Of a stretch of DNA of 64,000 nucleotides, positions 30,758 through 41,244 are shown one piece after another. The stretch spans positions 42,656-106,655 of the forward strand of contig JAUVXU010000004.1 in NCBI GenBank assembly GCA_030603445.1, given 5' to 3'. The first letter of the stretch is position 1, and the number at the start of each line of letters is the position of its first letter. The translations under genes and the position numbers were made by a program. Under the pieces are notes generated by a model. The model was not told where the DNA came from, searched no databases, and saw only the letters and a program-made list of their open reading frames with translations. This stretch comes from Methanomicrobia archaeon (lineage in GTDB: Archaea; Methanobacteriota_B; Thermococci; Methanofastidiosales; NM3).

Positions 30758-32140
30758 ATGAACGAAAATAGGGTTGTCCTAAAATTCGGCGGGACATCAG
30801 TAGGCAACTCTGAGAATATGGGCAAGGCAATTGATAAGATACTCAAAGCCAAGACACAGTATGAAGAAGTGGTAGTGGTGCTCTCAGCAATTACTGGCGT
30901 GACAAATCTATTGATACATGCCGGAAGAAGCGCCCTATACAAAAAACCACAAGACACCCTACTAAAACTAAAAGAAAAGCACTATGAGGCCTGTGAAATA
31001 ATACCTGACACCAAAATAAAGATGCAGACCATATTAGAGATAGATGATAAGCTCTCAGAACTTGAGAAGATACTCACAGGGATTTATTATGTAGGGGAGG
31101 TCACACCTCGCTCACTCGATTACATCGTTTCATTTGGCGAACGCCTATCAACACTCATAGTTTCTCGTGCGATTAAAGCAAGAAGCGTGAAAAGCGAACA
31201 TATAGATTCTGCAGAAATCGTTATCACGGACGAAAACTTCGTGAACGCAAATGTGGATTTTGAGAAAACACAAGAAAGGGCAAACGGAAGAATAGAACCC
31301 TTGCTAAAACAAGACATCATCCCAATTATAACTGGATTTATAGGGGCCAGCAAGAACGGGCAGCGCACAACGCTAGGAAGGGGCGGCTCAGACTATTCTG
31401 CAGCCATCTTCGCAGACGTGCTAAATGCAAAAGAGATATGGATAATGACAGATGTCGATGGCGTCATGTCCTGTGACCCGCGCCTTGTAAAAGATGCCTA
31501 CCTTCTCCATGATCTTTCCTACTTGGAAGCTATGGAACTGGCCTACTTCGGCGCAAAGGTAATCCACCCTAAAACGCTGGAAGCGGCCATGCGCAAAAAT
31601 ATACCAATCTATATAAAAAACACATTCTCCAACTCAAAAGGGACCCTTGTCACATCTGCTAAAGAAGGACAAGAACGCAAGGTAAAATCAATATCCCTCC
31701 TAACGGATGCATCGATAATTGAGATAAAGGGATACGGCCTTGGAAAGACAACAAAGGTCATGAAGGAGATTTTCAGGGAAATGGAGGAGGAACAGATAAA
31801 CATTATGATGGTAACACAAGGATCGTCCCAAGCAAACGTCTCATTTGTTGTACCATCAGAGGAAGTGAAGAACGTCAAGAATCTCCTAGCAAAAGAATAT
31901 TATGATAGATTCAACGTCATAAACAACGTTGCGCTGGTAAGCATCGTTGGTGAAGGCATGAGCCAGACCGCCGGTATGGCTGCACGATTCTTCAATGCTG
32001 TTGCAGATAAGGGCGTGAACAATCTCATGATCTCGCAAGGCTCCTCAGAAGTCGCCATAAATGTCGCTGTGCGAGCAGAGGACATGCAAAAGGCCGTGCA
32101 GGCCATACACAGCGAGTTCTTGTCGGCGGAGAATGAATGA
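30758..32140 (+). CDS. lysC: aspartate kinase (with C-terminal ACT domains)
   Basis: 'VLKFGGTSVG' amino-acid-kinase motif. C-terminal tandem ACT. First gene of a five-gene operon. Confidence 0.85.
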   Translation: MNENRVVLKFGGTSVGNSENMGKAIDKILKAKTQYEEVVVVLSAITGVTNLLIHAGRSALYKKPQDTLLKLKEKHYEACEIIPDTKIKMQTILEIDDKLSELEKILTGIYYVGEVTPRSLDYIVSFGERLSTLIVSRAIKARSVKSEHIDSAEIVITDENFVNANVDFEKTQERANGRIEPLLKQDIIPIITGFIGASKNGQRTTLGRGGSDYSAAIFADVLNAKEIWIMTDVDGVMSCDPRLVKDAYLLHDLSYLEAMELAYFGAKVIHPKTLEAAMRKNIPIYIKNTFSNSKGTLVTSAKEGQERKVKSISLLTDASIIEIKGYGLGKTTKVMKEIFREMEEEQINIMMVTQGSSQANVSFVVPSEEVKNVKNLLAKEYYDRFNVINNVALVSIVGEGMSQTAGMAARFFNAVADKGVNNLMISQGSSEVAINVAVRAEDMQKAVQAIHSEFLSAENE

Positions 32141-33054
32141 GCATGAACACGTATGTTAAGATAAAGAGCCCGGCAACACTGGCGAACTTCGGCCCAGGCT
32201 TCGATGTATTTGGCATCGCTCTAGAAAAACCATATGACATAGTGGAACTGGAGATCTCTAGTGGTCCTTCAACAATTACTACAAAGAACTATGATTTGCC
32301 TACAAACATACACAAAAACGTTGCATCGTATGCCGCACTAAAGCTTTTTGAAAAAAATGGGAAAAACACCAGCTTCTCCATGGCCCTTGAAAAAGGAATT
32401 CGCCCGGCAAGCGGTATGGGGAGCTCAGGCGCATCTAGTGTTGGCGGCGCATATGCGGCCGCCGCGCTTTGCGGCACTGTAAATGACAAGGACGTTATCA
32501 TGGCCGCCGCAGAAGGGGAAAGGATATCATCAGGCAATGCACACGCAGACAATGTTGTCCCCTGCTATATGGGGGGTTTTACTTCGATCGTCTCCATAGA
32601 CCCATTAAATGTCATTAATATCTTTCCTGAGGGCCTAAATATAGTTGCGGTGCTCCCAGACATCAAGGTAAGCACCAAGAAGGCACGAGCGATACTACCG
32701 GACAAGGTCCCGATGGCAGATGCAGTATCAAATGTGGCCATGGCATCATGCGTTGTGCACAGCCTTATGAAAAAAGACTATAAGGCACTCGGTATAGCTC
32801 TTGAGGACCGCCTCTCAATACCATATAGGAAAACGCTAGTTACAGGATATGACGATGCACGAAAAGCTGCACTTGACAGCGGAGCCATGGCGTTCTCACT
32901 TGGCGGTTCTGGACCAGCGGTGTTCGCAATAGTTGATAATAACAAGAAAGAGGTAGCTGATGCCATTGGAGATGCGTTCGCAGACAAAGGCATAGGCTGC
33001 ACAAAATATATGACCAAGATAGGGGATGGCGCCCAGATCCTGGCATTAGAATAG
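32137..33054 (+). CDS. thrB: homoserine kinase
   Basis: GHMP kinase motif 'PASGMGSSGAS'. Start overlaps the lysC stop by 4 nt. Confidence 0.85.
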   Translation: MSMNTYVKIKSPATLANFGPGFDVFGIALEKPYDIVELEISSGPSTITTKNYDLPTNIHKNVASYAALKLFEKNGKNTSFSMALEKGIRPASGMGSSGASSVGGAYAAAALCGTVNDKDVIMAAAEGERISSGNAHADNVVPCYMGGFTSIVSIDPLNVINIFPEGLNIVAVLPDIKVSTKKARAILPDKVPMADAVSNVAMASCVVHSLMKKDYKALGIALEDRLSIPYRKTLVTGYDDARKAALDSGAMAFSLGGSGPAVFAIVDNNKKEVADAIGDAFADKGIGCTKYMTKIGDGAQILALE

Positions 33055-34254
33055 GTGATTATTATGCATTACTTACGTTGTATAACTTGTGGAAAGCGCT
33101 ATGAACCTGATGATATAGTGTACAACTGCTCATGCGGGTCCATCCTTGAGGCTGTAATAGACCTTAGCGAAGTTGAAAATATATTTGATGGTGTGAATCC
33201 TTCTGTATGGAAGTACAGCTCGTTTCTTCCTGTCGAAAAAAAAGCATCGCTGCATGAGGGGGGAACCCCCCTATATGAATCAATAAATCTTAAAAAAGAC
33301 ATAGGTTACAAAAGATTGTTTATAAAAAATGAAGGCGAGAACCCCACCTGCTCATTCAAAGACAGAGGAATGACAGTAGGTGTCAGCAAGGCACTGGAAC
33401 TGGGGATGAAAAAAGTTGCATGCGCTTCTACAGGGAACACGTCTGCATCTCTTGCAGCCTACTCTGCCCACGCAAATCTAGAATGCTTCGTGATGATCCC
33501 GTCAGGAAAAATAGCACTCGGGAAACTTGCACAGGCAATAATTTATGGTGCAAAGGTAATCCCCATAAACGGGAACTTCGACCAGGCACTTGAAGCTGTT
33601 ATGTCTGCCTCTAAAGCGTTTGGCATCTACTTGCTAAACTCCATAAATCCCTATAGGCTTGAAGGCCAAAAAACTATAGCATTTGAGATATACGACCAGC
33701 TTGGGGAAGTGCCAGACAGGATAATACTTCCCGTAGGAAATGCAGGGAACATATCCGCCATATGGAAGGGATTCAAGGAACTAAAAGGAGCAGGGATAAC
33801 GGATGCTCTCCCAAAAATGTCCGGTATCCAGGCGCAGGGATCCATGCCTATGGTAAACATGTATATTAAAGGAGAAGAAACGCTTGTCCCAGAAAAGAAT
33901 CCTGACACCTTGGCAACAGCCATTCGTATCGGAAATCCTGTCAGCTGGCAAAAAGCAATAAATGCGGTGCGTGAGTCAAAAGGCCTAATGGAGTCCGTTA
34001 CCGACGAGGAGATACTTGCAGCGCAAAGAAAGCTGTCCTCACGCGAGGGCATCTTTGTCGAACCTGCATCGGCCTCATCCGTTGCAGGCCTTATGAAGTT
34101 GCATGAGAATGGAGATATTGATGAAGATGAGACTACGGTCCTCATCACAACAGGACACGGCCTAAAGGACCCTAATGCCGTGACCGAGTCGATTAAAATA
34201 ATGGATCCTATTGATTGTGATATGGATACTTTGAGAAAAATACTAGGTGAATGA
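33055..34254 (+). CDS. thrC: threonine synthase
   Basis: PLP-lysine motif 'NPTCSFKDRG'. 399 aa. Confidence 0.85.
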   Translation: MIIMHYLRCITCGKRYEPDDIVYNCSCGSILEAVIDLSEVENIFDGVNPSVWKYSSFLPVEKKASLHEGGTPLYESINLKKDIGYKRLFIKNEGENPTCSFKDRGMTVGVSKALELGMKKVACASTGNTSASLAAYSAHANLECFVMIPSGKIALGKLAQAIIYGAKVIPINGNFDQALEAVMSASKAFGIYLLNSINPYRLEGQKTIAFEIYDQLGEVPDRIILPVGNAGNISAIWKGFKELKGAGITDALPKMSGIQAQGSMPMVNMYIKGEETLVPEKNPDTLATAIRIGNPVSWQKAINAVRESKGLMESVTDEEILAAQRKLSSREGIFVEPASASSVAGLMKLHENGDIDEDETTVLITTGHGLKDPNAVTESIKIMDPIDCDMDTLRKILGE

Positions 34255-35287
34255 AATGAAACTAAACGCAGCAGTCCTAGGAGCGACCGGAATGGTTGGA
34301 CAGCGATTTGTGAAAATGTTGAGTGAAAGCAATTGGTTTGAAGTAGAGTGTATTAGCGCCTCAAAGAGAACAGCAGGAACACGATATAGAGACAACGCTC
34401 TTGGATTCGAATATTCGGACGATATACTTGACATGACCATTGAAGACACCACCAAGAATATCCTAAAAGACCACGATATTGATATTGCATTCTCTGCAAT
34501 TCCTGCCGACATTGCAGGCAAGGTAGAAGCGGATCTTGCAGAAAAAGTTGCTGTTGCCACAAACTCTGCAGCACACCGCATGGATGATGATGTCCCACTA
34601 CTGATACCTGAAGTGAATCCGGACCATTTGGGATTAATAGATGTCCAACGAAAGAAAGGGTGGGAAGGAAGCCTTGTTACAAACCCCAACTGTTCAACTA
34701 TAGTAATGGTGCTATCACTAAAACCCTTGTACGATGCCTTCGGGATAAAAGATATAAAAGTAGCCACGATGCAGGCGGTATCTGGCGCAGGATTTACTGG
34801 CGTATCCTCCATGGGAATACTTGATAATGTCATCCCCTATATCGGAAATGAGGAACACAAGATGCAGACAGAGCCAAAAAAGCTTTTGGGAAGCCTAGAA
34901 GGCGGGAAGATCATCGATGCAAGCTTCAACGTTACTGCACTTTGTACACGTGTGCCGGTCATAGACGGCCACACCGAATCCATATTTGTTGAATTGGAAA
35001 GCGACCCAACAGCAGATGAGTTCACCGAGGCACTGCGTACGTTCAAAGGGTTGCCACAAGAACTAAATTTGCCGTCAGCACCAAAAAATCCTATCGAGAT
35101 ACGCCCTGTCCCGCAACCACGGATGCACCGTGATTTGGGAAATGGTATGGCAGTGACTGCTGGGCGCATCGAGAAGGTGGCGCCTAACAAGTTCAAATAT
35201 GTTGTAATGGGGCATAATACTATTAGAGGCGCTGTTGGCGCATCCATCCTAAATGCAGAGCTTATGGCAGAGAAAAAGTACCTATAA
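34247..35287 (+). CDS. asd: aspartate-semialdehyde dehydrogenase
   Basis: 'AVLGATGMVGQ' NAD(P) fold. Active-site 'NPNCSTI'. Confidence 0.85.
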   Translation: MNEMKLNAAVLGATGMVGQRFVKMLSESNWFEVECISASKRTAGTRYRDNALGFEYSDDILDMTIEDTTKNILKDHDIDIAFSAIPADIAGKVEADLAEKVAVATNSAAHRMDDDVPLLIPEVNPDHLGLIDVQRKKGWEGSLVTNPNCSTIVMVLSLKPLYDAFGIKDIKVATMQAVSGAGFTGVSSMGILDNVIPYIGNEEHKMQTEPKKLLGSLEGGKIIDASFNVTALCTRVPVIDGHTESIFVELESDPTADEFTEALRTFKGLPQELNLPSAPKNPIEIRPVPQPRMHRDLGNGMAVTAGRIEKVAPNKFKYVVMGHNTIRGAVGASILNAELMAEKKYL

Positions 35288-35293
35288 GGAGCA

Positions 35294-36337
35294 GTGAACA
35301 TGAAAAAGTTACGAATCGCAGTAATAGGCCTTGGCGTGGTCGGTACAGGCTTTCTTACTTTGCTTGACGAGAAAAAGGAAGTATTGGAAGACAAATACGA
35401 CCTTACATATGATGTCGTGGCGGTCTGCGACAAAATGCGAGGCTCAATTTATAATCCGGATGGTTTGGATGTTTCCCTCATCCTTAAGGAATCTCCTATG
35501 GCTGATGGACTGGAAGGAACACGAGGCCTTTCCTCTTTTGATATAATAAAGAAACCCGAGGTGGATGTGGTAATAGAAGCAACACCTACAAACCTCAAGA
35601 CAGGAGGAGTCGGGCTTGAGCATGCCAGACGCGCGCTAAGTGCTGGCAAACACTTCATATCAACTAACAAAGCCCCGCCTGCCATAGCATACAAAGAGCT
35701 TACAGACATTGCAAAAAACAATAATGTCTACTACGGATTTGAGGGCACGATACTCTCTGGCACACCAGCAATATCCTTGGCAATACACGGCCTTCCTGCA
35801 AGCGAATTTAAGTCCATAAGGGGTGTTTTAAACGGCACTACGAACTTCATTCTAGAGCGCATGGAAAATGATGGCATGGACTTTGATGAAGCGCTTTTGC
35901 TCGCACAGTCCAAAGGCTATGCTGAGGCAGATCCCTCAAGCGACATTGATGGGTGGGATGTATGTGCAAAGGTCGTTATCATGGCAAACAACATGCTAGG
36001 CTCCAACATGACCCCGGATGATGTCGAGGTAAGGGGATTGCGCAATATAGGCTTATCAGATGTTGAAGCTGCAAAGAAAAAGAAAATGAGGATCAAGATG
36101 GTAGGTTCACTCACCCGCAAGGATAATGGCGGCATCAAAGCGTGTGTTGTGCCCGAATTAGTTGACAGGAGCGACCCGCTCTATCATGTGCACGGGGTGA
36201 CAAATGCTCTTGTATTTGATACAGACACAACTGACACTGTCACTGTCATGGGACCAGGAGCAGGAGGGCGCAGTGCCGGATACGCCATGCTCTACGACCT
36301 TGTTGAAATGCACCGCCACCGCAAACGCCTCTACTGA
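35294..36337 (+). CDS. hom: homoserine dehydrogenase
   Basis: 'IAVIGLGVVGTG' Rossmann fold. Homoserine-DH catalytic domain. Last gene of the lysC-thrB-thrC-asd-hom operon. Confidence 0.8.
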   Translation: MNMKKLRIAVIGLGVVGTGFLTLLDEKKEVLEDKYDLTYDVVAVCDKMRGSIYNPDGLDVSLILKESPMADGLEGTRGLSSFDIIKKPEVDVVIEATPTNLKTGGVGLEHARRALSAGKHFISTNKAPPAIAYKELTDIAKNNNVYYGFEGTILSGTPAISLAIHGLPASEFKSIRGVLNGTTNFILERMENDGMDFDEALLLAQSKGYAEADPSSDIDGWDVCAKVVIMANNMLGSNMTPDDVEVRGLRNIGLSDVEAAKKKKMRIKMVGSLTRKDNGGIKACVVPELVDRSDPLYHVHGVTNALVFDTDTTDTVTVMGPGAGGRSAGYAMLYDLVEMHRHRKRLY

Positions 36338-36373
36338 CGCTATATTTTTATTCTTCTTTTCCTTTCTTTTATT

Positions 36374-37012
36374 GTGAAGGCTAATTCTAGGAACAACACT
36401 TGGCAGCAGCTGGCAGGGATTTGTGGCATGTTGTCCCCGTTTGTTGCCTTTGTGGCAATATCTATTGCAATTTCAAATGCGCCGCCTTTTGTGTGGAAGG
36501 AGAACTGGCTTAGCGACCTTGGGGTCTACGAAGGAGCGTCATATTACTTCAATACGGGGATTTTTTTTACAGGCATCCTGGGAATAGGGCTTGGCAGCGG
36601 GTTGTACCGCAAGTATATGAAATCACGAACTTCAAGAATAGGGGCCGCACTATTTATTTCTGGTTCAGTAGCATTGTGCGGAGTAGGGGTGTTTACAGAA
36701 AACGCAGGTGATATCCACTTCTACACCTCCGCCCTCTTCTTCATTCTTGTACCATTATCCATAATTATTATGGGTGTTTATGATATAGTGCACTACCATA
36801 TTAAGCAAGCGTACCTAACGACTGCATGCGCCACTGGCGCCTATATCGCGTGGCTATTGCCATGGCCTGGAACAGGTGGCGCGCTTCCAGAAGCTGCTGC
36901 CGCAATACTACTTAGTATCGTATCGTTCATATACGGCATGACACTTGCTGCACCATATTGTCCCCTTAAAAACAAACAATGCATATCTACCAAAAAACAG
37001 GAACAGGCCTAA
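36374..37012 (+). CDS. integral membrane protein (about 6 TM, DUF998-like)
   Basis: Hydrophobic helices throughout. No catalytic motif recognised. Confidence 0.4.
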   Translation: MKANSRNNTWQQLAGICGMLSPFVAFVAISIAISNAPPFVWKENWLSDLGVYEGASYYFNTGIFFTGILGIGLGSGLYRKYMKSRTSRIGAALFISGSVALCGVGVFTENAGDIHFYTSALFFILVPLSIIIMGVYDIVHYHIKQAYLTTACATGAYIAWLLPWPGTGGALPEAAAAILLSIVSFIYGMTLAAPYCPLKNKQCISTKKQEQA

Positions 37013-37440
37013 AGGTCCACAAGGATATTTTCCTTAAAGGTGTTTAGAACAATAGACGTGTTTGTGCGCTCAATGTACTTCATCGTATGCAGCTCCTTTA
37101 CAAATCTGTTAAGATGGTCTCTGTTCTCGAATCGTCCTATGATCACTGCGTCATAATCTCCCGTAACATCATACACCCCGACCACGTTTGGATATTCAAC
37201 TATCTTTTCCTCTATAAAACGAAGCTTTCCCTTCGAGATGTTAAGGTATATTATTGCCCGAAAGTCAAAACCCACCTTCTCTACATCTACGACAGGTATG
37301 TATCCTTTGATGATTCCGTTATCTTCCATGCGCTTTATGCGATGCGATACCGTACCAACAGAAAGATGAATAATTTGTGCAATCTCCCTAAACGAAAGCC
37401 GTGCATCCTTGTTTAGGACGCGTATTATCTGCTTATCCAC
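37009..37440 (-). CDS. Lrp/AsnC family transcriptional regulator
   Basis: N-terminal HTH 'ARLSFREIAQIIHLSVGTVSHRIKRME'. C-terminal RAM/AsnC_trans domain. 143 aa. Confidence 0.85.
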   Translation of the reverse strand: MDKQIIRVLNKDARLSFREIAQIIHLSVGTVSHRIKRMEDNGIIKGYIPVVDVEKVGFDFRAIIYLNISKGKLRFIEEKIVEYPNVVGVYDVTGDYDAVIIGRFENRDHLNRFVKELHTMKYIERTNTSIVLNTFKENILVDL

Positions 37441-37601
37441 CTCGTCTATATTTTCCCCTATAATACCATCTCCATTTATCAGTACTCAAGATCCTCATCA
37501 CAGCTGTCGCTCAGTCGGGATTTTTCATCACCTGCATACATTTGAACAAAGTGATAAAAATGTTTCCAAAAAAAAGGAATAAAAAGAAAGGATGGGAAAG
37601 C

Positions 37602-38822
37602 TTATTTTACAGGCTGACCCTGTTCACGGGTCCATCGCTGCGATTCACCACGCACCACCATATCTATGGCGCCAACAGGGCATACAACAGCGCAGAGTGC
37701 GCATCCAAGGCACTCCTCGTCATCAATGTCGTTTATCTTCGGGACCTTTATTGCCCCTCCGCCAGTATCGCCGCATGCCACCGTGCACCTATTGCAGTGA
37801 AGGCATTTTCCAACGTCCACTTCAGGGTATAGGTGGTCCTCGACCTCGAGATCCTCATATGATGTCACCGCGTCAAGTGCGACTCCCACCATATCAGCGA
37901 CGGTATCATACCCCTGCCCATCCATAAACTCAAGTGTCTTTCGCTTCCATTTCTCCACAATCCCAAAGCCATACCACATGGCTGCTGTGACATTCTGGGT
38001 CGTTGCTGCGCCAAGCATTATGTGCTCTACAGCATTTTTCCAGCTGTCAATGCCGCCTACCCCGGAAATTGGCAGCTTCACCTCTTTTGCAAGCTCGGCA
38101 ACTATGCGAAGGGCTATAGGGCGTACCTGCGGGCCGCTGTTGCCTGAGACCAGTCCCCTTCCAAGAACGTTTGGCGCCACCACCTTTTGGTAGATATCAA
38201 CATCTATTATCCCTGCAACAGTGTTAATGGCTGCAAGCGCATCTGCGCCCCCCTTCTTTGCGGCCTTTCCCATCTGCACTATATCTGTGACGTTTGGCGT
38301 AAGCTTTGTCATCACAGGTATTGACACCTCGTCCTTTACCGCTTTTGTCACCCCGTGGACTAGCTGCGGGTCCTGCCCTATGAACATGCCCATATGCTCC
38401 TCCGGGCATCCGTGGGGGCAGGATACGTTTAGCTCTATTATGCTTGCGCCATGCTCCTCGCACCATCTTCCAAGTGCTGCCCAATCGTCAAGATCGGGTG
38501 TTGCCATTATCGATACTATAAACGGCGCCTTGGTATCCTGCAGCACCTTTATCTCCTTATCCCACCACTCAAGGCCATGTGTTGTTATAAGCTCGCAGTT
38601 CTGCAGACCGTAAAGTGAGTTATGGCGCCTTGCGCCCATAAGGCGCGGCCTGACATCCGGCCTGACGTTCTTGTCAAAAGACAGTGTCTTGACGACGCAA
38701 GAGCCCCATCCCTTATCAATTATCTTACGCATATGCTCCCCAGTAAGTGTCGGAGACGCAGACCCTATAAAGAACGGATTGTCAAATTCTATTCCTAAAA
38801 ACTCTGTTCGTAATGATGCCAT
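37602..38822 (-). CDS. PreA-like dihydropyrimidine dehydrogenase catalytic subunit paralog 1 (DHOD-family TIM barrel + C-terminal 2x[4Fe-4S])
   Basis: 'NVSCPHGCPEEHMGMFIGQDPQLVH...IPVMTKLTPNVTD...GGADALAAINT' aligns with E. coli PreA from memory ('NFSCPQM...MGSDVGQSPELVE...LPMLAKMTPNIGD...GGADGIAAINT'). C-terminal 'CLGCALCAVVCPVGAI' is a ferredoxin motif. The ORF is open to 38885, but M22 at 38822 gives the conserved N-terminus 'MASLRTEFLGIEFDNP'. Confidence 0.75.
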   Translation of the reverse strand: MASLRTEFLGIEFDNPFFIGSASPTLTGEHMRKIIDKGWGSCVVKTLSFDKNVRPDVRPRLMGARRHNSLYGLQNCELITTHGLEWWDKEIKVLQDTKAPFIVSIMATPDLDDWAALGRWCEEHGASIIELNVSCPHGCPEEHMGMFIGQDPQLVHGVTKAVKDEVSIPVMTKLTPNVTDIVQMGKAAKKGGADALAAINTVAGIIDVDIYQKVVAPNVLGRGLVSGNSGPQVRPIALRIVAELAKEVKLPISGVGGIDSWKNAVEHIMLGAATTQNVTAAMWYGFGIVEKWKRKTLEFMDGQGYDTVADMVGVALDAVTSYEDLEVEDHLYPEVDVGKCLHCNRCTVACGDTGGGAIKVPKINDIDDEECLGCALCAVVCPVGAIDMVVRGESQRWTREQGQPVK

Positions 38823-38826
38823 TTCC

Positions 38827-40056
38827 TCACACCCCCTTCTCCACTGGCGGCCCTTGTTCACGGGTCCATCGCTGCGATTCACCACGCACCACCATATCTA
38901 TGGCGCCAACAGGGCATACAACGGCGCAGAGTGCGCACCCAAGGCATTTCTCATCATCTATGTCGTTTAGATAAGGGGTTGTTATGGCGCCTCCTCCCGT
39001 GTCCCCACAGGCTATCTTGCATCTCTGGCATTGCACGCACACATCGTCGTTTACTTCAGGATACAGATGGTCCTCGACCTCAAGATCCTCATAACTGCTA
39101 AGAGACGGCAGTGCAAGGCCAATTAGCTCGTCTACCGATTCGTAGCCTTCCTCGTGCATGAACTCAAGCATACGGCGCTTCCATTCCTGGACAAATCCAA
39201 ATCCCTCAAACATCGCCTCCGTTACCACCTGAACAGTGGATGCGCCAAGCATCATCATCCCGATAGCTGCCTGCCAGCTGTCAATGCCGCCTATTCCTGA
39301 AATTGGCAGCTTTACGTTTTGTGCAAGGTCTGCAACCCACTTGTACGCAATCATACGCACAGACGCTCCGCTGTTGCCGGAGATGGTGCCATGTGTTAGC
39401 ACCATTGGCGCAGGAAGCCTTTTGTATATGTCAACAGCATTTATGCCTGCAATAGTATTAATGGTGGATAGCGCATCTGCGCCCCCTTTCTTTGCAGCCT
39501 TTCCCATCTGCACTATATCTGTGACGTTTGGCGTAAGCTTTGTCATCACAGGTATTGACACCTCGTCCTTTACCGCTTTTGTCACGTCATGGACTAGCTG
39601 CGGGTCCTGGCCTATGAACATGCCCATATGCTCCTCCGGGCATCCGTGGGGGCAGGATACGTTTAGCTCTATTATGCTTGCGCCATGCTCCTCGCACCAT
39701 CTTCCAAGTGCTGCCCAATCGTCAAGATCGGGTGTTGCCATAATGGAGACCATCATCGGGGCATCAAGCCCTTTTAGCATCCTCAACTGCCCTTCCCACC
39801 AATCAAGATTGTGTGTGGTGATAAGCTCGCAGTTCTGCAGATTTATTATATTAGAATAACGGCCAATACCATTTAGGCGCGGCCTGACATCCGGCCTGAC
39901 GTTCTTGTCAAGGGACAGTGTCTTAACGACATAGGACCCCCATCCGGCATCGACTATCTTTCGCATATGTGCTCCGTCAACAGTAGGGGATGCGGAGCCT
40001 ATGATTAGTGGATTATCCATCTCAAATCCCAAAAACTCAGTTCTTAAATCTGTCAT
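38827..40056 (-). CDS. PreA-like dihydropyrimidine dehydrogenase catalytic subunit paralog 2
   Basis: Same architecture as paralog 1. A ~95-aa central block and the last ~30 aa are identical to paralog 1, while other regions are ~50-60% identical. Confidence 0.75.
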   Translation of the reverse strand: MTDLRTEFLGFEMDNPLIIGSASPTVDGAHMRKIVDAGWGSYVVKTLSLDKNVRPDVRPRLNGIGRYSNIINLQNCELITTHNLDWWEGQLRMLKGLDAPMMVSIMATPDLDDWAALGRWCEEHGASIIELNVSCPHGCPEEHMGMFIGQDPQLVHDVTKAVKDEVSIPVMTKLTPNVTDIVQMGKAAKKGGADALSTINTIAGINAVDIYKRLPAPMVLTHGTISGNSGASVRMIAYKWVADLAQNVKLPISGIGGIDSWQAAIGMMMLGASTVQVVTEAMFEGFGFVQEWKRRMLEFMHEEGYESVDELIGLALPSLSSYEDLEVEDHLYPEVNDDVCVQCQRCKIACGDTGGGAITTPYLNDIDDEKCLGCALCAVVCPVGAIDMVVRGESQRWTREQGPPVEKGV

Positions 40057-40062
40057 TCCTAA

Positions 40063-41229
40063 TCACCTAGCCGCCCTCAGTCCCATCACAGATGGCGTTA
40101 CTGAATACTTTGACCCTGCTGCAGCACGCACCTGCTCTATATCGTTTGTTGTTAGTACCACGGGCTTCTGGTGTTCATCTCCCCTATTGATGGTCACGGT
40201 CTCAAAGAAACCTCGCTTGAGCCCAAACTCCAACAGGGCGGATACAACTCCCCCATCCTGAACATTTCCCTCAACGCGTTTTGCCCTCGCAGAAAAGAAC
40301 ATGACATCTTTTGTGTTTGCCCACTGTTTATGAAATGCTGTTGTCCTTGGGCATACCATGTAACAATAGCCGCATGCAACATCCGGGCATCTGTTGATGC
40401 CATATGGGCGATCGTTGTCAAATTTTATATTATTATCAGGGCATACGAGCCCGCAAGCGCCGCAGTCCACACACTGCCCTTGAAGTATCACATCCTCTTC
40501 AAGCTCTGTGAAGATGTTTTTTTCGTTGACATTGTGCATGAATTTCTCAGGTTCTTCCTCCTTGTCCCATGTGTCAAGGAAATTAATTTTAAATCCTTTT
40601 TTCTTGCGCTTTTTCCCATTCTTATATGCCTGATTCTTGTTAAACTCATATAGCTTGCCAAGTGCATCCTTATCATGGATATCCTCTACTTCTATTACTC
40701 CTGTGACAAGCGCTTTTTTGAAAAATATCTTTCCGGGATCTGTGCGAAGGACAACTGTTGAATAACCTTCTGAAGAACCGATTCCTCCAACAGATATATC
40801 TGAAAAATCAGCCATAAGGTCGGGGCACAGCTTGCAATTTCCCCGTGCATAAGGCGCAAACTCTTTTATTTGGCATGAAAGGACATCCTCAGGCGTATGC
40901 ACATATAGCCTGCCGCCTGATATGTTCACCTTCTTCACCATATCCATAGGGACGCCCCACTTGTGTCTGATAAACTCTTCAACACTATTATAGGCGAAGT
41001 TCTCTGTACAAAATAATCCTATGACAAACTGTTTTCCTCTTGGCCAAAATGGATAATCGAAGTAAACACGTTCCTCCACCTTTGGAAGCGCCCTTAATAC
41101 CTTGGTCATCTTCTCGATTTTTCGAACTGCGTTGGCTTGGCAACCCACACCGACAAAACAGTTCTTGGCCAATAGGCATCCGTTGGTGCCGGATGCATTG
41201 GCTTTAACTATCCTCATTACATCTGCCAT
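40063..41229 (-). CDS. FrhB/FdhB-family flavo-iron-sulfur protein (coenzyme F420 hydrogenase/dehydrogenase beta-subunit-like)
   Basis: FrhB N- and C-domain pattern. 4Fe-4S 'CVDCGACGLVCPDN'. Second Cys cluster 'CPDVACGYCYMVCP'. 388 aa. Confidence 0.6.
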   Translation of the reverse strand: MADVMRIVKANASGTNGCLLAKNCFVGVGCQANAVRKIEKMTKVLRALPKVEERVYFDYPFWPRGKQFVIGLFCTENFAYNSVEEFIRHKWGVPMDMVKKVNISGGRLYVHTPEDVLSCQIKEFAPYARGNCKLCPDLMADFSDISVGGIGSSEGYSTVVLRTDPGKIFFKKALVTGVIEVEDIHDKDALGKLYEFNKNQAYKNGKKRKKKGFKINFLDTWDKEEEPEKFMHNVNEKNIFTELEEDVILQGQCVDCGACGLVCPDNNIKFDNDRPYGINRCPDVACGYCYMVCPRTTAFHKQWANTKDVMFFSARAKRVEGNVQDGGVVSALLEFGLKRGFFETVTINRGDEHQKPVVLTTNDIEQVRAAAGSKYSVTPSVMGLRAAR

Positions 41230-41244
41230 GCAGACCCCTTCAGC

